From: Callorhinchus milii
Lineage: Eukaryota
NCBI RefSeq assembly: GCF_018977255.1
Contig: NW_024705359.1
Coordinates: 1 to 51,766, forward strand
DNA: 51,766 bases
Direction: 5' to 3'
Of this stretch, positions 48,269 to 51,766 are shown piece after piece; the first letter of the stretch is position 1; the number at the start of each line of letters is the position of its first letter. The translations under genes and the position numbers were made by a program. Below the pieces are notes generated by a model that was not told the DNA's origin, ran no database searches, and saw only the letters and a list, made by a program, of their open reading frames with translations.

Positions 48269-48364
48269 AGGAAAAATATCCGTCTGTTCGTTTGTATCAA
48301 GCAATTTATGAAGAAATTGAGGATCGGCCGATCAGAAGAAGACATTTCGAGGCTGACTCCACTG
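48269..48364 (+). CDS. Cytoplasmic exon 1 (YEEI motif)
   Basis: caacAG|AGGAAAAA...TCCACTG|GTacat, 96 nt: EEKYPSVRLYQAIYEEIEDRPIRRRHFEADST. Confidence 0.85.
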
Positions 48365-49044
48365 GTACATACTTTACAATCATGTCTATTGCATCCGCAT
48401 CATTGTACAAAAAGCATCAACATTAGTATCCCGATTGGTGGCAAATGCAAATGATTGAATGCGCTGTGGATAGGATTTCAAGCTTTTATTCAGAGAACAG
48501 AAAAATCCACATCCAGTTGCGTTGTATCAATTTACCCACTTAATAGAGATGAAATCTACTCAATATTTCAATTTGTTCGGTCTTTCAATTTTCAAATATT
48601 ATCACCGATGATTTCAGCATTACCAATTAAATTAAGTTACATTATTTAATTTATTATACAATAAAATAACGATGAGATATTGGGATTTATTACTCACCAA
48701 AATGAATCCTACAGAAATTAATATAAGCGATGCTTATGTGTGTCTGTAGTCCCAGCGAATATCTAAAATAATACCATGTTGTCAAATGTGTAATTTGTAG
48801 CCTAAACAGAAGGCAGTATTCAAAAATCATATTAATATTATTTAACCAACATTTGCTCCTGGTATGTTAAAGATATTTTTTGATCACATCTATTTTGAGC
48901 GGTTGACCATATTTTCATCCATGAAAGTGATCCACGATTTCGCAAAAAAACTCTAATTTTTGGTACCTTTCTTCGTTTTGATATTGAGACGAATTAGACT
49001 CTAAGAACCTCTGTAATTGGACACTAATGACATTATTTGCACAG

Positions 49045-49155
49045 TTTCAGGATCCAACGATTCTATCAGTAAACTGGAGTACTACACTGGGGAGAGTGTG
49101 AATGGATCTAATGCAGAACAAGGAAACGCTGAGGTGTTTCTTCCGAATGGCGATG
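49045..49155 (+). CDS. Cytoplasmic exon 2
   Basis: gcacAG|TTTCAG (alternative in-frame acceptor 49051)...GGCGATG|GTGAGT, 111 nt: VSGSNDSISKLEYYTGESVNGSNAEQGNAEVFLPNGD. Confidence 0.8.
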
Positions 49156-49809
49156 GTGAGTGAGTGAAATAATTATTGTGTGCGATACAGCCTCTGATCA
49201 ATTCGACGAGACGTTTCAAAGCACTTCACATATGTTTACTGTGATTTTTAGTGATTGTATATCTCTTGGTGAACTGGAAAGGCAATTTGTGCGCAAAATA
49301 TGCACAGTAATCAGGAGGAATGTGGGGCAAACCTCCAATATAATAACTATTTCCCTTTTGAGATTTGCAATATTTAAATTCCAGCTAAACATCCAAACGG
49401 AGCTCAATGCACTGCACTGCCTTGGAGTGTTATCCAGAGTGTGATCTTAGTCCCCGAGTGGATTACAATCTGAAACTTCCGACCCAGAGGCCAAAGAGCT
49501 CCCAATTTATCCAGTTTTCACAGTAAAACAAGCTTTCATCTTCAGATGACGTATCTAAAAAGAAATTGAGTTTAGTTTCAGTCGTTCAGGCACAAGATAC
49601 ATTGAGCCCCACTCTGTCCAAATTTGGGTGGATATGGATAGATAGTTGGGGAAGACAAAATTGCAGAGCGCGGAAGAGTTGGAGTAATTTGGGTCGCTCT
49701 TTCAATAGATGGACTGAATGGGCTCCTTCTGTGCTGTATAATATTATGATATCTGCCTCCTTTTCCTATCTGAATGTTTGAGTGCCTAAGACTGACTCCC
49801 TGTTAACAG

Positions 49810-49950
49810 ATCATCTTCAGGAAAATTACGACGACGCTGAGAGGGGAACCTTCCAGATGGCGGACCGGGGCCTCCTCCTGGTCACTGACACACACCCTGA
49901 TGTCCCCGCACTGACCAGTCACACTGTCCAGGAAGCCTCGCTCTGTCAGG
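49810..49950 (+). CDS. Cytoplasmic exon 3 (ENYDDA motif)
   Basis: taacAG|ATCATCTT...TGTCAGG|GTAAGA, 141 nt: DHLQENYDDAERGTFQMADRGLLLVTDTHPDVPALTSHTVQEASLCQ. Confidence 0.85.
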
Positions 49951-50704
49951 GTAAGAGCCGAACTGTCATGTCTTAACCTACCGCCGGAGATATTTAATCA
50001 GCAACACATCTGGGAGTGAAAATCATCATCACAGTCGCAATTATCATCAATCTTCCATTCCATACAGAAAGGCAATGGCATAAAGACAACAAGAATTACA
50101 ATTGTGCAGTGCCTTTCAAGTTAGGACGTCTCGGATAGGCTTCAATGTGTAGTGACTGTATGTGTAGGCGAGTTGGTACGTGTTTGCACCATGGGATTGG
50201 TGATAGGGCGGCTGGAGATATTTGGCCTTGTTGTGATAACTAAAATCAGAATAATTACGGGTCGATGTGCAATCTGAAATGGATATTTCTCGGTTTGATG
50301 AATTCATCTCCGAGACGCTCTGTAATGCAATAATTGCACATACAGAATGGTGCTCTGTGCAGTGTGAATAACTGCACATACATAATGGTGCTCTGTGCTG
50401 TGTGAATAACTGCACATATAAAATGGTGCTGTGACTTACCGATTAACGCAGATTTCCTTGTTTCGACGTCTTGTTAATAACAACCTAAATGCAATGAAGG
50501 AAATAATCGTTTACAGCACTATCAGCAATTATTGAAACGCGCGTTTAAAAATTTATAATCTGGTTAAAATTTTACAAGTGAGGAGGAATTCCATCTTGAA
50601 TGCCCAACCTTTCCAGTTTTTTTAAAATGCTGATTGTAGTGATGGAGGTAAGACACACAATCAGAAATCCAAGATGGTTATCTCCGCAATCGGTATTTTT
50701 GCCT

Positions 50705-50975
50705 CACACACAAACACACAGATACACACGCAGAGACTCACAGACATACACAACATACCTGTGTACACACAGACACAAACGCAGCACATACACGATCATA
50801 GACAGACACAGGCGCACACAGACAGACACACACCGAGACACACAACACACAGACACTCACAGACAGATAGGCACACACAGGCAAACACACAGACAACACA
50901 CATAGACACACAGACTCACATATATACAGACACACAAATGCAGACGCAGACACACACTTACAGACACACAGTGAC
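50705..50975. repeat. Degenerate (CA)/(GACA) microsatellite
   Basis: Directly visible. Confidence 0.9.
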
Positions 50976-51020
50976 ACCTTTCTGAATGTAATCACTAATA
51001 AATGATGGCTCTCTCTGCAG

Positions 51021-51178
51021 AGGGTGGACATCACACAGACAGTGACCCGCTGTTTCCTGTTGACACCAGTCAGTGTGGTTATGATTATGATGATATTGAC
51101 TGTGAGAATGACACCGAGAAGAACAGACAACTTCCCATTGGGAATCAAAGGGAATCTCCTGAGCTCTGCACCGTCTGA
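51021..51178 (+). CDS. Last coding exon (YDYDDI motif), stop TGA 51176-51178
   Basis: ctgcAG|AGGGTGGA...: EGGHHTDSDPLFPVDTSQCGYDYDDIDCENDTEKNRQLPIGNQRESPELCTV*; the exon continues to a donor CAG|GTGAGT at 51200. Confidence 0.8.
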
Positions 51179-51766
51179 TCGCAACATCCCCATCAAACAG
51201 GTGAGTTCATGATTTACAGCATTACTTACATCACAGAAAGCCGCCAATGATTGATATGATCGTCCTGGTGACCTGTGTACGAATAATCACAGTTACAGGT
51301 GAATGTAATGGTTACACAACTTGACCAACACCGGTCAGTGATTTCAATCATTCACAATCCTGACTTGAGGCTGATATTAGACAGAATGGCAGTGATCATG
51401 TGCAGCCGTCACACATGTATTCACGCCAATTGATGATGGAATTAAAATTAAAAACTTCCTGTCAGAAACTTCACAGTGATGTGATCCATGGTTGGATGCG
51501 ACTAAAATATTAATTTATATTTACTATTCTAAACTGTTGGAACTATTTTCTTTATTTGACTCAGAGATTATTGTTCCTATACGTTACGCGCAAAACTTTT
51601 ATTTTATTTTCCTGAATCAAAAATTGATTTCACCTTCTGCTATTTGAGCGTAAAAAGTCCTTCTTCCTTTGTAAATGTGGTATCAAATGGCAGAAACATT
51701 AACTAAAACAGTTGGAAACAGTCTCTCAAACAGCAGCCGGTGAATGAAACCCAAGTAACAGCCCCA

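Noticed and set aside
1..51766. Isolated CACAGTG/CACTGTG heptamers as V(D)J recombination signals
   Set aside because: I found none flanking the SRCR cassettes with a correctly spaced nonamer; heptamers are expected by chance in CA-rich DNA

Overview
Repeat-rich vertebrate genomic DNA, most likely from a cartilaginous fish (inferred from DeuSINE/SacSINE1-like SINEs and CR1/L2 LINE remnants). Almost all entries in the supplied ORF track are spurious. The real gene, assembled here by hand from GT-AG sites, is a 16-coding-exon + strand gene at 33766-51178 in which every intron is phase 1 (CDS 3051 nt, about 1016 aa). It encodes a type-I membrane group-B SRCR receptor of the CD163/WC1/SCART family: signal peptide, 7 SRCR domains, two linker exons, a TM helix and a long tyrosine-motif tail (YEEI, ENYDDA, YDYDDI). 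About 28-32 kb upstream of its start codon, on the opposite strand, lie two close copies of only its first SRCR exon: one has a TGG>TGA stop and one is 5'-truncated. They sit in tandem ~3.3 kb units with strand-asymmetric repeats. Between the two loci are a CpG-rich promoter-like region built from tandem repeats of PBX/PREP, GC and CCAAT motifs, a 6.7 kb ATTAAT satellite, local duplications and many SINE/LINE fragments. Intron 1 of the receptor gene contains an inverted duplication with 587-bp arms.
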